A stretch of DNA of 64,000 nt. It comes from a virus. The stretch is taken from the IMG/VR virus record IMGVR_UViG_3300014656_000015; one strand, given 5' to 3'. The stretch's first letter is position 1, and the number at the start of each line of letters is the position of its first letter. The position numbers and the translations under genes are program-made. This document shows, one piece after another, positions 1 through 10,239 of this stretch. The notes below the pieces were generated by a model. It worked only from the letters and a program-made list of their open reading frames with translations, had not been told where the DNA came from and made no database searches.

Positions 1-459
1 CTCCCTGTGTCGGGGCGCACCCTTCCAGACAGGTGGCCAGCATCAGGTAGGCCAGCACGATACCGGCCACCACCGCGCCCACACAGACACCTAGCACCAC
101 GTTCGACTTTCTTCTCTGTACCATTCCGTCTCCTACAACGCCTTCCCTTCAACGAAGGCGACGTCCAATCCTATCAACCAGGGTCCGCCACACCAAATGA
201 CCCTGGCTGCTAGTGGTCGGTACCCTCTCCCACTCGACTCGATCCACGACACGCCTGCTCCAGACGCATCCGGTCGATGCAGGTCCGCATCCCCAGGATC
301 GCCCGGCGCCGCCCCGCGCTCTTCCGAGCCGTGGCAAGGAGCCGACGTTCGGTGTCCTTCAGCGTCTCCATGAGCTCATCGAGCACCTCCACCAGCTCGG
401 GGTACGGATACCTCAGACGAGCCCTCAGGTACTTCGTCAGCAGCTCCTGTCGTCTATCC

Positions 460-816
460 TCACGCATCATCCTCCCCTTCCAGGGGTGGAATCCAGCCCT
501 TCGGCGGCTTCCAATCTTCCGCAAGTGCCTTCACCGCCCAGTCCGGGTAGGGACGCTTTGCCTTGACGGCTTTCCAAACCTTCCTGGCTACCACCAACGC
601 CTTTCGCGTTGTGGACAGACTTTCCCAGTAGAGACGTCCCGTCTCGTGCTGACAGTAATCATGTGTACCCAATCCAAGTACAACCCGGGAAATCTCATCG
701 CTCTCTGGATCTGCACCCATCTCTCCTATGACGAGATCCCCCTCAACCCCCTCATCCTCATCAAACCAGGCGATGCACCACCCCTCCGAGTGCTCGCTGA
801 TGTCCAACCTCAACAT
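460..816 (-). CDS. hypothetical phage protein
   Basis: ATG at 816, packed against neighbouring minus-strand genes; no recognisable motif. Confidence 0.6.
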   Translation of the reverse strand: MLRLDISEHSEGWCIAWFDEDEGVEGDLVIGEMGADPESDEISRVVLGLGTHDYCQHETGRLYWESLSTTRKALVVARKVWKAVKAKRPYPDWAVKALAEDWKPPKGWIPPLEGEDDA

Positions 817-1304
817 ATCTTTGCCCTTTCCCGCAACACGACACGCCGCACCCGGTTCCGGGGCACGACACACGCCTCCTCCTCGGTCCAACCCCTGGAG
901 AGCCGCTTCAGGAAGGAGAGATAGCTGATCCCGAGGTGCCCGGCCCACTCCTCGTAGGTCTGCGTGACTCCGTCCACCGTGATCTCCTTCCCACGAAACG
1001 AGGGCTGGGATAGTCCCTGCTCCGAGCCGGTCTGCCAGGCACAGTTCTCGGGACAGTAGTCCCCATCAGCATCCAATCGCCCCAGGCTGGTCCCCGCCGG
1101 CCGCTCCCCCATATCCTCGAGGAAGTTGAGGAACGCGTTCGGGGTACCCCGCCGCCAACGTGGACAGACCTCGATGCCCTTGGCCGTGTAGTACCTGGCA
1201 TCGGTGCGAAAGAACTGCTCGCACCGTGCATTCATCGTGTGCCAGGTCACATAGGTGGGACTGGGCCGGTTACCTCGGTAGTGTCCGTGTACCACACGAC
1301 CCAT
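810..1304 (-). CDS. HNH homing-endonuclease-like protein, possibly degenerate
   Basis: Family motifs TYxTWxxMxxRC, GIEVCPRW, FLNFLEDMGERP, SLGRLDADGDYCPENCAW and a C-terminal EEWA...RLSRGW DNA-binding tail; start trimmed to ATG 1304. Confidence 0.8.
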   Translation of the reverse strand: MGRVVHGHYRGNRPSPTYVTWHTMNARCEQFFRTDARYYTAKGIEVCPRWRRGTPNAFLNFLEDMGERPAGTSLGRLDADGDYCPENCAWQTGSEQGLSQPSFRGKEITVDGVTQTYEEWAGHLGISYLSFLKRLSRGWTEEEACVVPRNRVRRVVLRERAKIC

Positions 1305-1564
1305 TACTCGACCCCCATCCTTCGTCGAATAGGGGAGCCCGCAGGCAGCTCCTCCCTGGACCCGAACCGGTGCACGGTCACCTTCCTCCCCTCGCACCCA
1401 GACAGGGGTTCGGTACGACGCAGCTCGAGACGGCACCAACCCAGCCTCTCGACGAAATAGTTGCACGATCCGCAGCTCCGCTCCGGCACGACGACCGGCA
1501 CCGGGTCCCGAGGTTGGTAGGCGGGGGCCTCCCAGACCTCTCCCTTGATCTCCTGCCTCCTCAT
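1304..1564 (-). CDS. small Cys-rich hypothetical protein
   Basis: CxxC motif (SCGSCNY); overlaps the next start. Confidence 0.55.
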   Translation of the reverse strand: MRRQEIKGEVWEAPAYQPRDPVPVVVPERSCGSCNYFVERLGWCRLELRRTEPLSGCEGRKVTVHRFGSREELPAGSPIRRRMGVE

Positions 1565-1567
1565 TCT

Positions 1568-1975
1568 CTACTCCTGTTCGGGCGGTGGAAGCGGCATGGC
1601 CCGAATGGACAACCTGGCCCGCCGAGCCTCCCGACCCAGATCCTTCCATGCATCGATCAGACGGAATGTCCTGCAGTATCCAAAAACGGGGCAACGTGGA
1701 CAATTATAGGAATCCTCCGCGTTACTGAACCAGCTTGAGACCGGATCGGAGGAACCCACGCACCCCGCGCAGTAAAACGTCTCCGCCCGGTGACGTGGGT
1801 CCTTCGATGGAAGACTGTCGGTAGCAAGCCAGCGGGCGTAGGTCGCCACGGCTGCCACGGCCCGACCTCGATTATCCGAGTAGTTGAGCTGCTGCAACAT
1901 CTTCGGCAGCCAGGTAGCATAATCGTCTCTCAGTGTGGCCTCCCACACCGCATCGAACACCTCTTTCAAGACCAT
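1568..1975 (-). CDS. hypothetical protein with CxxC motifs
   Basis: GGAAGGAG RBS and GGTATAAG motif upstream. Confidence 0.7.
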   Translation of the reverse strand: MVLKEVFDAVWEATLRDDYATWLPKMLQQLNYSDNRGRAVAAVATYARWLATDSLPSKDPRHRAETFYCAGCVGSSDPVSSWFSNAEDSYNCPRCPVFGYCRTFRLIDAWKDLGREARRARLSIRAMPLPPPEQE

Positions 1976-2050
1976 CTCGCTCTAATCTCCTTCCCATCCG
2001 CGCTTCTTATACCAAACAACGTCCGGGTCTCTCATGCTACGCTTCAGCTG

Positions 2051-2398
2051 ATGGCACGTCGGGGGCTGCACCAGGAAGTCGAGCTGCGGATCATGGGCCA
2101 GGAGGTCCGCTTCCCGGCCGACAAGAAGAGCATGGTTCTGATCATCCTGATCCTGGCCCTGTCCTTCACCATCTCCAACTACATCATCTTCGTCATGGCC
2201 GGCGAGGAGAATGTCCGCAGCGTGATGCGGGCCGTGGATCCCAAGGATGGTAATGAGGGTGGGGGTGGCTCGAGCCGGCAACACATCCTGACCCTGGAGG
2301 AGCCCACCGTGGAATACCGGGACGGTCCCGAGTGCTGTCCGTGTCCCGAAAAGGCTCCGGCGGATCTCAAGCTCCAGCCCTGGATGCGACAAAATTAG
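2051..2398 (+). CDS. single-pass membrane protein, probably leaderless
   Basis: Hydrophobic segment MVLIILILALSFTISNYIIFV; extended -10 TGcTACGCT 7 nt before the ATG. Confidence 0.65.
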   Translation: MARRGLHQEVELRIMGQEVRFPADKKSMVLIILILALSFTISNYIIFVMAGEENVRSVMRAVDPKDGNEGGGGSSRQHILTLEEPTVEYRDGPECCPCPEKAPADLKLQPWMRQN

Positions 2399-2440
2399 CC
2401 CCTCCCTTTGTCATAAGCATGTCGGAAAGGAGGTATTCCT

Positions 2441-2875
2441 ATACACAAGGAAGCCGAGGAATGGATCGAAGCCTTCTCTCGAACCCTCAGGGGGTCGCCC
2501 ACCCGCATAGCGCATCATCTGGTGCAGTTGGGGGTGGACAGCACGGGCACGTGTGACTGCACGAATCTCGGGGACGGCGACGTCCTCGACTGGTTGCACA
2601 ACCACCACCGAGAATTCAACTCTCGGGTATGGAAGCTGCTTTGGGGGGCGGACCGTCTCCAGGCGGTCCGGAGCGTGATACGACGAGACCTCCGAGTCCC
2701 CAACACCGTTCCCAGCGCTGAGGAGGAGTTCGGTCACATCGTCCGCAAGGACTATGGGCGGGCGCTCCTTGATCACTTCCTCAAGGCGCAACCGGACCCG
2801 ACCTGGGTCGAGGTCGGTGATCGAGGAGCAGACCGAGGTCTACTCCTGGAACTCCATCTCCCTTGGAGGGTCTAG
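2441..2875 (+). CDS. hypothetical protein with probable ATA start
   Basis: Frame is open from ATA 2441, 7 nt after GGAAAGGAGG; flanked by the promoter motif and hairpin+CTTAG. Confidence 0.55.
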   Translation: MHKEAEEWIEAFSRTLRGSPTRIAHHLVQLGVDSTGTCDCTNLGDGDVLDWLHNHHREFNSRVWKLLWGADRLQAVRSVIRRDLRVPNTVPSAEEEFGHIVRKDYGRALLDHFLKAQPDPTWVEVGDRGADRGLLLELHLPWRV

Positions 2876-2960
2876 CATCCTCGGGCCAATCCTGGCCCAA
2901 TCCCCTTAGCTATCCATAGAGGGCTAAGGTGAGGGACCCGATGGTCCCTCATGAATCGAA

Positions 2961-3683
2961 TCAGTCCTTGGTGGGGTAGAGTCGGAGCTCACGCCCCTCC
3001 TGCCGCACCACCACATCGGGAACCTTGCCCTCCCACAACCACTTGGAGAGGCCGGCACGGGCCGACGACCTGCTGGCGTAGTGGAAGATCCCGTGGGTAT
3101 CCAGGAGCTCCTTGAACCGGATGCCGGGCTGCTTCCGGACGATCTCGGAGACCCGGCGCATCGTGGCCTGCCACGGGGTCCAGCAACGACCCGAAGCAGT
3201 ACCGGCGGGGACGAAGTCCTTCTGCTCCGCACAGAGGGCGGAGCGCAGCTTCCGGATATTCTGCAGGAGATACTGCGGGGGGCCGGGTCGCCGGATGAGG
3301 CGGGGCGCGTGGGTCTCACTGACCCTATCCGTCTCCCAGTGCCGCCACGCCACGTGCACCAGCAGCACGCCGACCCCACGACTCTCCGCAATGCTCAGTG
3401 CCAGAGCACGACCCGGACCGACATGCTGCTTGGCCGGTGCGGGTACCGCGATACTGACATGGTGCACCCAGTACCGCCAGTGAAGGGCCTGGGCCAGGAG
3501 ATCCAGGTTCAGACTGGTCTTGCACTCGATGATATGGACCAGCCCGCCTCGGACCGCCACGATGTCGGCGACGGCACCACCAGTCGTGACCTGGACCTCC
3601 TGGTAGACCTCCCAACCCGTACCACGGAGGTATTCCACGACTGCGCGGGCAAGTCGCTCCTCCGTCAGCTTGGCTCTTTGCAT
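2961..3683 (-). CDS. PD-(D/E)xK nuclease-fold protein (MmcB-like) with C-terminal wHTH-like region
   Basis: VYQEV...VADIVAV...IIECKTSL motif. Confidence 0.7.
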   Translation of the reverse strand: MQRAKLTEERLARAVVEYLRGTGWEVYQEVQVTTGGAVADIVAVRGGLVHIIECKTSLNLDLLAQALHWRYWVHHVSIAVPAPAKQHVGPGRALALSIAESRGVGVLLVHVAWRHWETDRVSETHAPRLIRRPGPPQYLLQNIRKLRSALCAEQKDFVPAGTASGRCWTPWQATMRRVSEIVRKQPGIRFKELLDTHGIFHYASRSSARAGLSKWLWEGKVPDVVVRQEGRELRLYPTKD

Positions 3684-3855
3684 CGTGAGGCCACGGTCTC
3701 AACCAGGTTGAGGAAGTAGATCTGCAACACGGCGGAGGCGGAGGCCACCTCGAGCTCGGTATGCACATCGGGCTCCCGCAACCAGCATGCCACCGTCCGC
3801 AGCAACGACGCGACGTAACGATTGAAATCCCGCTGCTCCTCGCCGGTCACCAGCC

Positions 3856-4251
3856 TCATTCCGCTTCCTCCTCTCCCTCCACGTCATCCACATCCGGCTC
3901 CTCATCGATCTCATCCAGCAACAGGATCGTCTTGGCGCCCCGCGCCCGCTGCTCCGCTTCGTTCCAGGTCGAAGCCGGCCCGCACCACCACAGGTTGGGC
4001 GGACCCCTCAGCTGCTTCTTCTCCGGCAGGAAGGCGTAGTGCGAGCATATAGGGTCGGTACAGCCGTCTCGAGCCGAACCACCCACACAAGCCCGACAGA
4101 ATGCACGCTGCGCCCGTGCTCTGGAGAGACCACGCCTCGGTGATTGAAGACGGCCCTGCAGCCGCTTGCACTCCAACCACAGCCCACACTGTGTACAGGG
4201 GTCGGCCGCAACCCACATCCCATAGCACTGCGGCCTCTCATTCTCTTCCAT
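3856..4251 (-). CDS. Cys-rich hypothetical protein with acidic tail
   Basis: Several CxxC pairs; contiguous operon position. Confidence 0.6.
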   Translation of the reverse strand: MEENERPQCYGMWVAADPCTQCGLWLECKRLQGRLQSPRRGLSRARAQRAFCRACVGGSARDGCTDPICSHYAFLPEKKQLRGPPNLWWCGPASTWNEAEQRARGAKTILLLDEIDEEPDVDDVEGEEEAE

Positions 4252-4995
4252 TCACGACTTCTCCCCACTCCCCGTAGCCGGGGAGTCGGAAGGGAGGACA
4301 CCCGATGGCTGATCCTCTCCGAGCAGAGCACTGGTGATCACTTCCTTGTCCTCCGGGCTCCAGCCACAGGTCCGGGAGACCCCACGAGCCCCCTTCGACC
4401 TGGTGCTGGACACCGCCAGGCTGGCCGCGGAGTAGGCATGCAGCACCCCACCCGGTGAGGCCACGGCCTGTGCCGCGTAGACGGCAGGGGCCCGTGGGTC
4501 GAGCCCCATGCTCCTGGTCTGGGTGAACGCCTCGAGGCCCTGGCCGAGGAAGACGAAGTTCCAGGAGTAGACCTCGGTCTGCTCCTTGACCATCTCCGCG
4601 ATCCGATGCGCGGAGAACTCCTTGGAAGCGTTCTCCAGCCCGTCCGTGATGATGACGACGATGACGGCAGCGGGACGCTCCGCTTCCTCCATCGCGACCA
4701 GCCGCGCCCCGAGGCGCAGAATGGTTCGCCCGACCGCATCGAGCAAAGCCGTCATGCCGCGTGGGACATAGGTGCCCCGGTTCAGCGGGGGCACCGCATG
4801 GATGTCGACACCGTCGTGCACGATCTCGTAGACGTCGTCGAACTGGCAGTAGGTCAGCCGGCACGAACCGACCCCGGACTCCTGTTGCTCCTTCAGGAAT
4901 CGGTTGAAGCCTCCGACGACCTCGTCCTGCTTCCCATTCATGGACCCGCTACGATCCACGATGACCGCGATCTCCGACTTGTTCCGATCCATCAC
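4252..4995 (-). CDS. von Willebrand factor A domain protein
   Basis: MIDAS motif DRSGSM, GMTALLDA, IITDGLENAS, WNFVFLG. Confidence 0.9.
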   Translation of the reverse strand: MMDRNKSEIAVIVDRSGSMNGKQDEVVGGFNRFLKEQQESGVGSCRLTYCQFDDVYEIVHDGVDIHAVPPLNRGTYVPRGMTALLDAVGRTILRLGARLVAMEEAERPAAVIVVIITDGLENASKEFSAHRIAEMVKEQTEVYSWNFVFLGQGLEAFTQTRSMGLDPRAPAVYAAQAVASPGGVLHAYSAASLAVSSTRSKGARGVSRTCGWSPEDKEVITSALLGEDQPSGVLPSDSPATGSGEKS

Positions 4996-5258
4996 TCTCT
5001 CCTTTCCCTTACCACTTCCTTACCGTACCCATCGCCCGATAGCTGACTCCATGTTGGAGACCGCCCCAATCTGGGCCTCGGTGATATGCTCATGTTCCTC
5101 GACCCAGACCTCGATGCTCTCCAGCGTGTCCGTCACGCCCGACGCGAAGTCCTCGGCACGTTCCGGCAGATCCCCCGCATCGCTGACCGCTTCCCTGATC
5201 CGCTCCAGCCAGAATCTCCATCGACAATCACCACACATCTTTCCTCCTTATTGTGCCG

Positions 5259-6035
5259 TCACTTCGGTCGCCGCACCTCTCCTCCAACCAAAGCACGACG
5301 ACAGAGCTCCTTGACGTCCCGTGGGAAGTCCTTGGCCACGATCCACCGCAGATAACCCGGATCGGTTCGGGCCAGGTCCTCCAGGGTCTTGCCCCTGCCC
5401 TTGCCAAAGTTGAGGGCGGCATGTCCCTCATCGTTCCACAGTATCTGATTGCCCAGAGTGGCGCGATCCCCCATGGTCACCGCGGCCAACTCGTCGATCC
5501 CCTTTCCGTATCGACCCATCTGGGCCAGCAGCACGCGGACCGTGGCGCTGACATCACCCGTGGCATCGTGAGCCGTGTCGTGCTGTGCCCCACAGTAAAA
5601 CAGCAGGGCCTGAATCAGGGTGCGTGGCTCCAGCACGGCGAATATCACCATGGGGTCGATGAGCCGTATCCCCTCCAGCTCGAGCTCCGCGTGCTGGCAC
5701 CGGCGGAACTCGGCCTGGATCAATGGGATGTCGAACTTCAACATGTTGTACCCACAGATGTCGGCGTCGGACAACATGGACCAGATCTCATCGGCCCGCT
5801 CCCCGAAACGTGCCAGATCCGCGACATCCGCATCCCGGATCCCATGTACCCGGAACGCCTCGTCCCGGATCGGTATGCCAGGATTGAGCATGAGCTCGTG
5901 GTGCACGGCACCGCCCTCGATCAGGAGACGGGTCACCGCCAGCTGCACGATACGGTCCTCCTCCACATCGACACCGGTCGTCTCCACATCGAGGATCACC
6001 AGATCCCGATCCAGCTTGAGGTTCTTCAACACCAT
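5259..6035 (-). CDS. DEDDh 3'-5' exonuclease (DNA Pol III epsilon-like)
   Basis: ExoI LDVETTG, ExoII YNMLKFD, ExoIII AHDATGD; C-terminal FGKGRGK...YLRWI module. Confidence 0.92.
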   Translation of the reverse strand: MVLKNLKLDRDLVILDVETTGVDVEEDRIVQLAVTRLLIEGGAVHHELMLNPGIPIRDEAFRVHGIRDADVADLARFGERADEIWSMLSDADICGYNMLKFDIPLIQAEFRRCQHAELELEGIRLIDPMVIFAVLEPRTLIQALLFYCGAQHDTAHDATGDVSATVRVLLAQMGRYGKGIDELAAVTMGDRATLGNQILWNDEGHAALNFGKGRGKTLEDLARTDPGYLRWIVAKDFPRDVKELCRRALVGGEVRRPK

Positions 6036-6062
6036 CACACCTCCTTTCCTCCACATCTCCCC

Positions 6063-6809
6063 CTACAGCTGAGCCAGACCGCACCTTACTGCACACATCG
6101 CACAATCCGCTTCATGGTCATCCCAGACCAGTGACTCGGACCCACATCGTGGGCAAAGTGCCCGGTTCAGACCACTGTACGTCGGCCAGAGCTCCTGTAT
6201 CCTGCCCTCAGCCACCTCCGCTATCTCACGTTCGATCAAGCCCATGCGAAGCATTTCCCGCAGGAAGACAGCCTCGGCCAGCTCGGCATGCCACGGGACA
6301 ATCCTTCGCTCGAGCCGCTTTGCCGGCGTCACCGACCCCCACATCTCGTGATCGAACAGGTCCCGCTGCTCCGTCAGGAGCAGCATCAGGGCAGCGTTGT
6401 GGACCTCAGGATAGAGGTCATTGAGCGAGTGATCCAGCTTGAACCGGAGCGTGATCGCGTCGAGTATCGCGGTCTCGTACTCCTCAAAGAAGCTCAGCGG
6501 GTTGGGCTGATCCCCGAGTAGATCAGCGATGCTGACCATATACACCGTGACCGCATCGTAGAGCAGGGCCTGTTGCAACCAGGAATGTTTGGCATTAGGG
6601 CTCGGAGTATCCCGGATCCGTTGCACCTGGCGCATGACCCTGACGCTGTGCTCGGCCATCGAGTAGAACGTTCGACACTGACCACCAAATCGACAGGTCA
6701 GGGCCAGGCCATGTGCAATGTCGAACGGATCCACGAGATCGGCGTGAATCATGCTCGTATCCATCGGAAACTTCCGACCGGTGAAGGTCGGTATCCACAC
6801 ACGTCTCAT
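6063..6809 (-). CDS. HD-fold (YfbR-like deoxynucleotidase) protein with C-terminal Zn ribbon
   Basis: DIAHGLALTCRFGG, YSMAEHS, ALLYDA (HD replaced by YD), TEQRDL; C-terminal CPRC..CAMC. Confidence 0.75.
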   Translation of the reverse strand: MRRVWIPTFTGRKFPMDTSMIHADLVDPFDIAHGLALTCRFGGQCRTFYSMAEHSVRVMRQVQRIRDTPSPNAKHSWLQQALLYDAVTVYMVSIADLLGDQPNPLSFFEEYETAILDAITLRFKLDHSLNDLYPEVHNAALMLLLTEQRDLFDHEMWGSVTPAKRLERRIVPWHAELAEAVFLREMLRMGLIEREIAEVAEGRIQELWPTYSGLNRALCPRCGSESLVWDDHEADCAMCAVRCGLAQL

Positions 6810-6813
6810 CTTG

Positions 6814-7359
6814 TCACCCCTCCACCACCTTGAAGACGGGAATCTTGGGCTCGTCGGGTAGCGCCGCCTCGAGAAGCTCCTGCACCCGCTTTTGCCACCC
6901 CACGCTGCGCGGGCTCTTGCGCCCGGTAAACCTCATGATACAAAGGGCCCGCCGGACACAATCCAGCTCATCATCGACGAGGGCAATGCCCCCGGAACCA
7001 TCACCACGGAAGCTGAGGATCCGGAGGTTGTATCCATCCGTACCATCATTCGGGGCACAGTACACCTTCTCCGGATCCATGGAGCCATCCCCGACATCCC
7101 AACGACAATAGTGGAGCCCCCAGCCCTGAAGCTCTGTCTCGAGATCCACCAGAACGCCGTATGGGGCCTCGGGGTCCCAGAGGGCGAGGTGTCCGTCACG
7201 GTCCACCGCCGCCAGGAGATCGGTCTCTCCTCGTGGGTCGAACTCCTCCAGATGTTCCGCCTGCAAACCATCACGGCAGATGAGCTCGACCAGGTCCGGA
7301 ACCTTGGATCGGGGCAGCTCGCCTCCGATCACGATGTGGCCAGCATATCGGTTACTCAT
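6814..7359 (-). CDS. hypothetical phage protein
   Basis: GGAAAGGA RBS before MSNRYAGH. Confidence 0.6.
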   Translation of the reverse strand: MSNRYAGHIVIGGELPRSKVPDLVELICRDGLQAEHLEEFDPRGETDLLAAVDRDGHLALWDPEAPYGVLVDLETELQGWGLHYCRWDVGDGSMDPEKVYCAPNDGTDGYNLRILSFRGDGSGGIALVDDELDCVRRALCIMRFTGRKSPRSVGWQKRVQELLEAALPDEPKIPVFKVVEG

Positions 7360-7568
7360 TCCTTTCCTCCGCAACGTGAAGGTAGAGGGTTCGCTTCGAG
7401 ACCTCCTCGGACTCGGCACGGTTCAGTGCAACGACCCGGAGCGGGTCGATCCTCTCCTTCACCGCACCGGCCTCGTCCAGCAGAAGATAGGCTCGACCCA
7501 GGACGATCAGGTCGCTTCGCACCGCCATCCGCATCTCGTCGTCCGGGACCAGATCGTTGAGATCGAGC

Positions 7569-7919
7569 TCAGTCGTTGTCATCGTCCACCTCCTTGATAT
7601 CCTCCACCCGATACTGAACGCTCAGCACCAGGGTGGCCTCCGATGCACGGGTCAGCCGCCCATCCACGGGGCTGTGTCGAGCCTCCCGGGACTGGCTGAC
7701 CCGCCACTTCGCGTCCTTGCTCCGCAACGCACGCTCCACCACCTGGAGCGTGCTCCGGATCAGCTGCTCATGCTGCTCGGGGGTTGGCTCCTCAGCCTCC
7801 CACGCCGTCCCCAGCGGCTCCCCAACATCGATCTTCTTGAACTCGGCCCGAGCCAGCTCGATGGAGGCCGCGGCCCTGGCCAGCTCCTTCCGGATTCCAT
7901 CCAGTATCGTTGACATCAC
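7569..7919 (-). CDS. hypothetical phage protein
   Basis: GAGGAGGAAG RBS; operon packing. Confidence 0.6.
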   Translation of the reverse strand: MMSTILDGIRKELARAAASIELARAEFKKIDVGEPLGTAWEAEEPTPEQHEQLIRSTLQVVERALRSKDAKWRVSQSREARHSPVDGRLTRASEATLVLSVQYRVEDIKEVDDDND

Positions 7920-8103
7920 TCTTCCTCCTCGTCTCCGACCTCACGCATATCCTCGACGAGCTGCTCGAGACCAGGTCGGGGACTCGTCACAGCATCGATG
8001 TGCTTGAAGCTCATCTCCCCACCACAAGCCATGCAGCGCCCATCACTCGCTCGAGCAACGTGGCAGTCGCAGTCCACACAGACCTTGGTTTCGATCTCCA
8101 TCA

Positions 8104-8663
<560 letters not shown>

Positions 8664-8667
<4 letters not shown>

Positions 8668-8945
8668 GATTCCACCGACTCGTAGGTCGCCTCGAAGATG
8701 TCGACCGTGCACGGGTAGATCTCACCATGGACGCCTCGGACCACGTAGTCGCCTCGACAGGCAACCATGAATCCATCGAGCGTCATGATCTCCAACCACC
8801 CCTGAGGTGCGAACTGGACCGAGCCGTCGTCGCCCCAACGCTTCCCCATCGCTTCAACGATCCAGTGTGGATCGTCCAACTGATCAACATCTCCAGTCCA
8901 CAGGAACGCTTCGACGACCACCGGCTTTTTTCGGTATTTCATCAT
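8664..8945 (-). CDS. conserved phage protein (KYRKKPVVVEA / GDY family)
   Basis: MKYRKKPVVVEA...TLDG...GDYVVRGVHGEIYPC..DIFEATYE signature. Confidence 0.85.
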
Positions 8946-9159
8946 TTCTCCTCTACAGGCGCTGGCTCACCCTTACCACCTACGAGATCCTCCTCTTCGT
9001 GTTCGTGCAGAACCCAGCTACCATCGAGCTTCTGGCCAAGGAGGTCCATCATCGTACCGGCACGTACACCACGGTAGAGCTCCCCCTCGATCACGTGGAG
9101 GATGTCCGCCAGGTCCGGGAGCTCCACGTCCCGAACCGTCAGCACGAATCTGTACTGAG

Positions 9160-9408
9160 TCATCGACCACACTCCTCGAGAAGAAGGCGTGCACCCTCCT
9201 CTCCGTAGCTCCCCAGGACCGCCTCGTAGACCAGGGTGCGCACGCACTCCTCAGGGCTGTTGCCGTCGTTGAAGCAGTCCCAGAGCAACATGTCCTCGAG
9301 ATCGAAGAGGCCAACCCCGATGGCCGCCTCCACGATCTCGTCAACCTCGTCGAGCCACTGCTCGAACTCCGTGTCCCCACCCGCATAGTCCTTGGATCTC
9401 TCACTCAT
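9160..9408 (-). CDS. small acidic phage protein
   Basis: GGAGGAAAG RBS. Confidence 0.6.
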   Translation of the reverse strand: MSERSKDYAGGDTEFEQWLDEVDEIVEAAIGVGLFDLEDMLLWDCFNDGNSPEECVRTLVYEAVLGSYGEEGARLLLEECGR

Positions 9409-9598
9409 CTCTTTCCTCCCTTCCGTTTCGGATCGTAGCCGACTTCACCAGCAAAACCATCCTTGAACCGGTTCCGGGTCGTCATGACCGCGGCCAGCAA
9501 CAACCGCATCTCCTCCTCCGTGGCACCGGTCCTGTCCTGCGCCGCACCCAAGGACAGAGAGAGCACGTCCCCGGACCACGTGTTCTGGACCAGGGCCC

Positions 9599-9877
9599 TC
9601 ACGAACTCGAGGAGGACTTCGGGTCGGAGCGACGGTCCACAATCGGTTCCCGGCGCCAACTGTTCAGACCGCTGCAACATCCCTCCCCGATAGCCAAGGC
9701 CCGGCTCGGGTCGAACCCTGTCTTCTCCCGATCCAGCACGGGCCCGCACCAGTGCCGACCCGTCTCGAACCGCAAACCGCGACATGGTGCCTCCTCTCCA
9801 AAGAGCTGAACGCCGAGCACGCAGGGCACGAGCGTGCAACAGAAACCACAGCCCACACAGGGCCTGACCCTATCCAT
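9599..9877 (-). CDS. CxxCxxCC (YkgJ-like) Fe-S/Zn protein
   Basis: PCVGCGFCC motif. Confidence 0.65.
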   Translation of the reverse strand: MDRVRPCVGCGFCCTLVPCVLGVQLFGEEAPCRGLRFETGRHWCGPVLDREKTGFDPSRALAIGEGCCSGLNSWRREPIVDRRSDPKSSSSS

Positions 9878-10143
9878 CCTCTCCCTCCTTCACCGGCACC
9901 AACAGATCCTCAGCGACATGCACGAAGACCTGACCGCGCCGAGATGGAGTGCCGCTCCGCAACAATCTCCGCTGCACATCCTCCACCAGATGCGCACCGT
10001 AGGCCCGGAACTGACCAACGTGGGTGCCCCGCAACCAGACTCGCTGCCCCGGATACGCCTCGGACCACGGGAGCGCCCGCCAGTCCGACTCCTCATAAAT
10101 GTCTGACATGACTCTCCTTTCCACCTCAATTGGTGCGCCAGGG

Positions 10144-10180
10144 GCCTTATAACAAAAAGTGGCGGATCTCGTTATAAGGC
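10144..10180. promoter_or_regulatory. back-to-back GTTATAAG promoters
   Basis: GCCTTATAAC-17nt-GTTATAAGGC perfect inverted pair at the strand switch. Confidence 0.65.
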
Positions 10181-10239
10181 TCATGTAATCCGGAATTAGC
10201 CGGATTCATTGGCATGTACCACCAACAAAGGAGACAGAC

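Noticed and set aside
2883-2950. Integron attC sites at TTAGC/GCTAA junctions
   Set aside because: No integron integrase, and the GTTRRRY/RYYYAAC architecture is not matched
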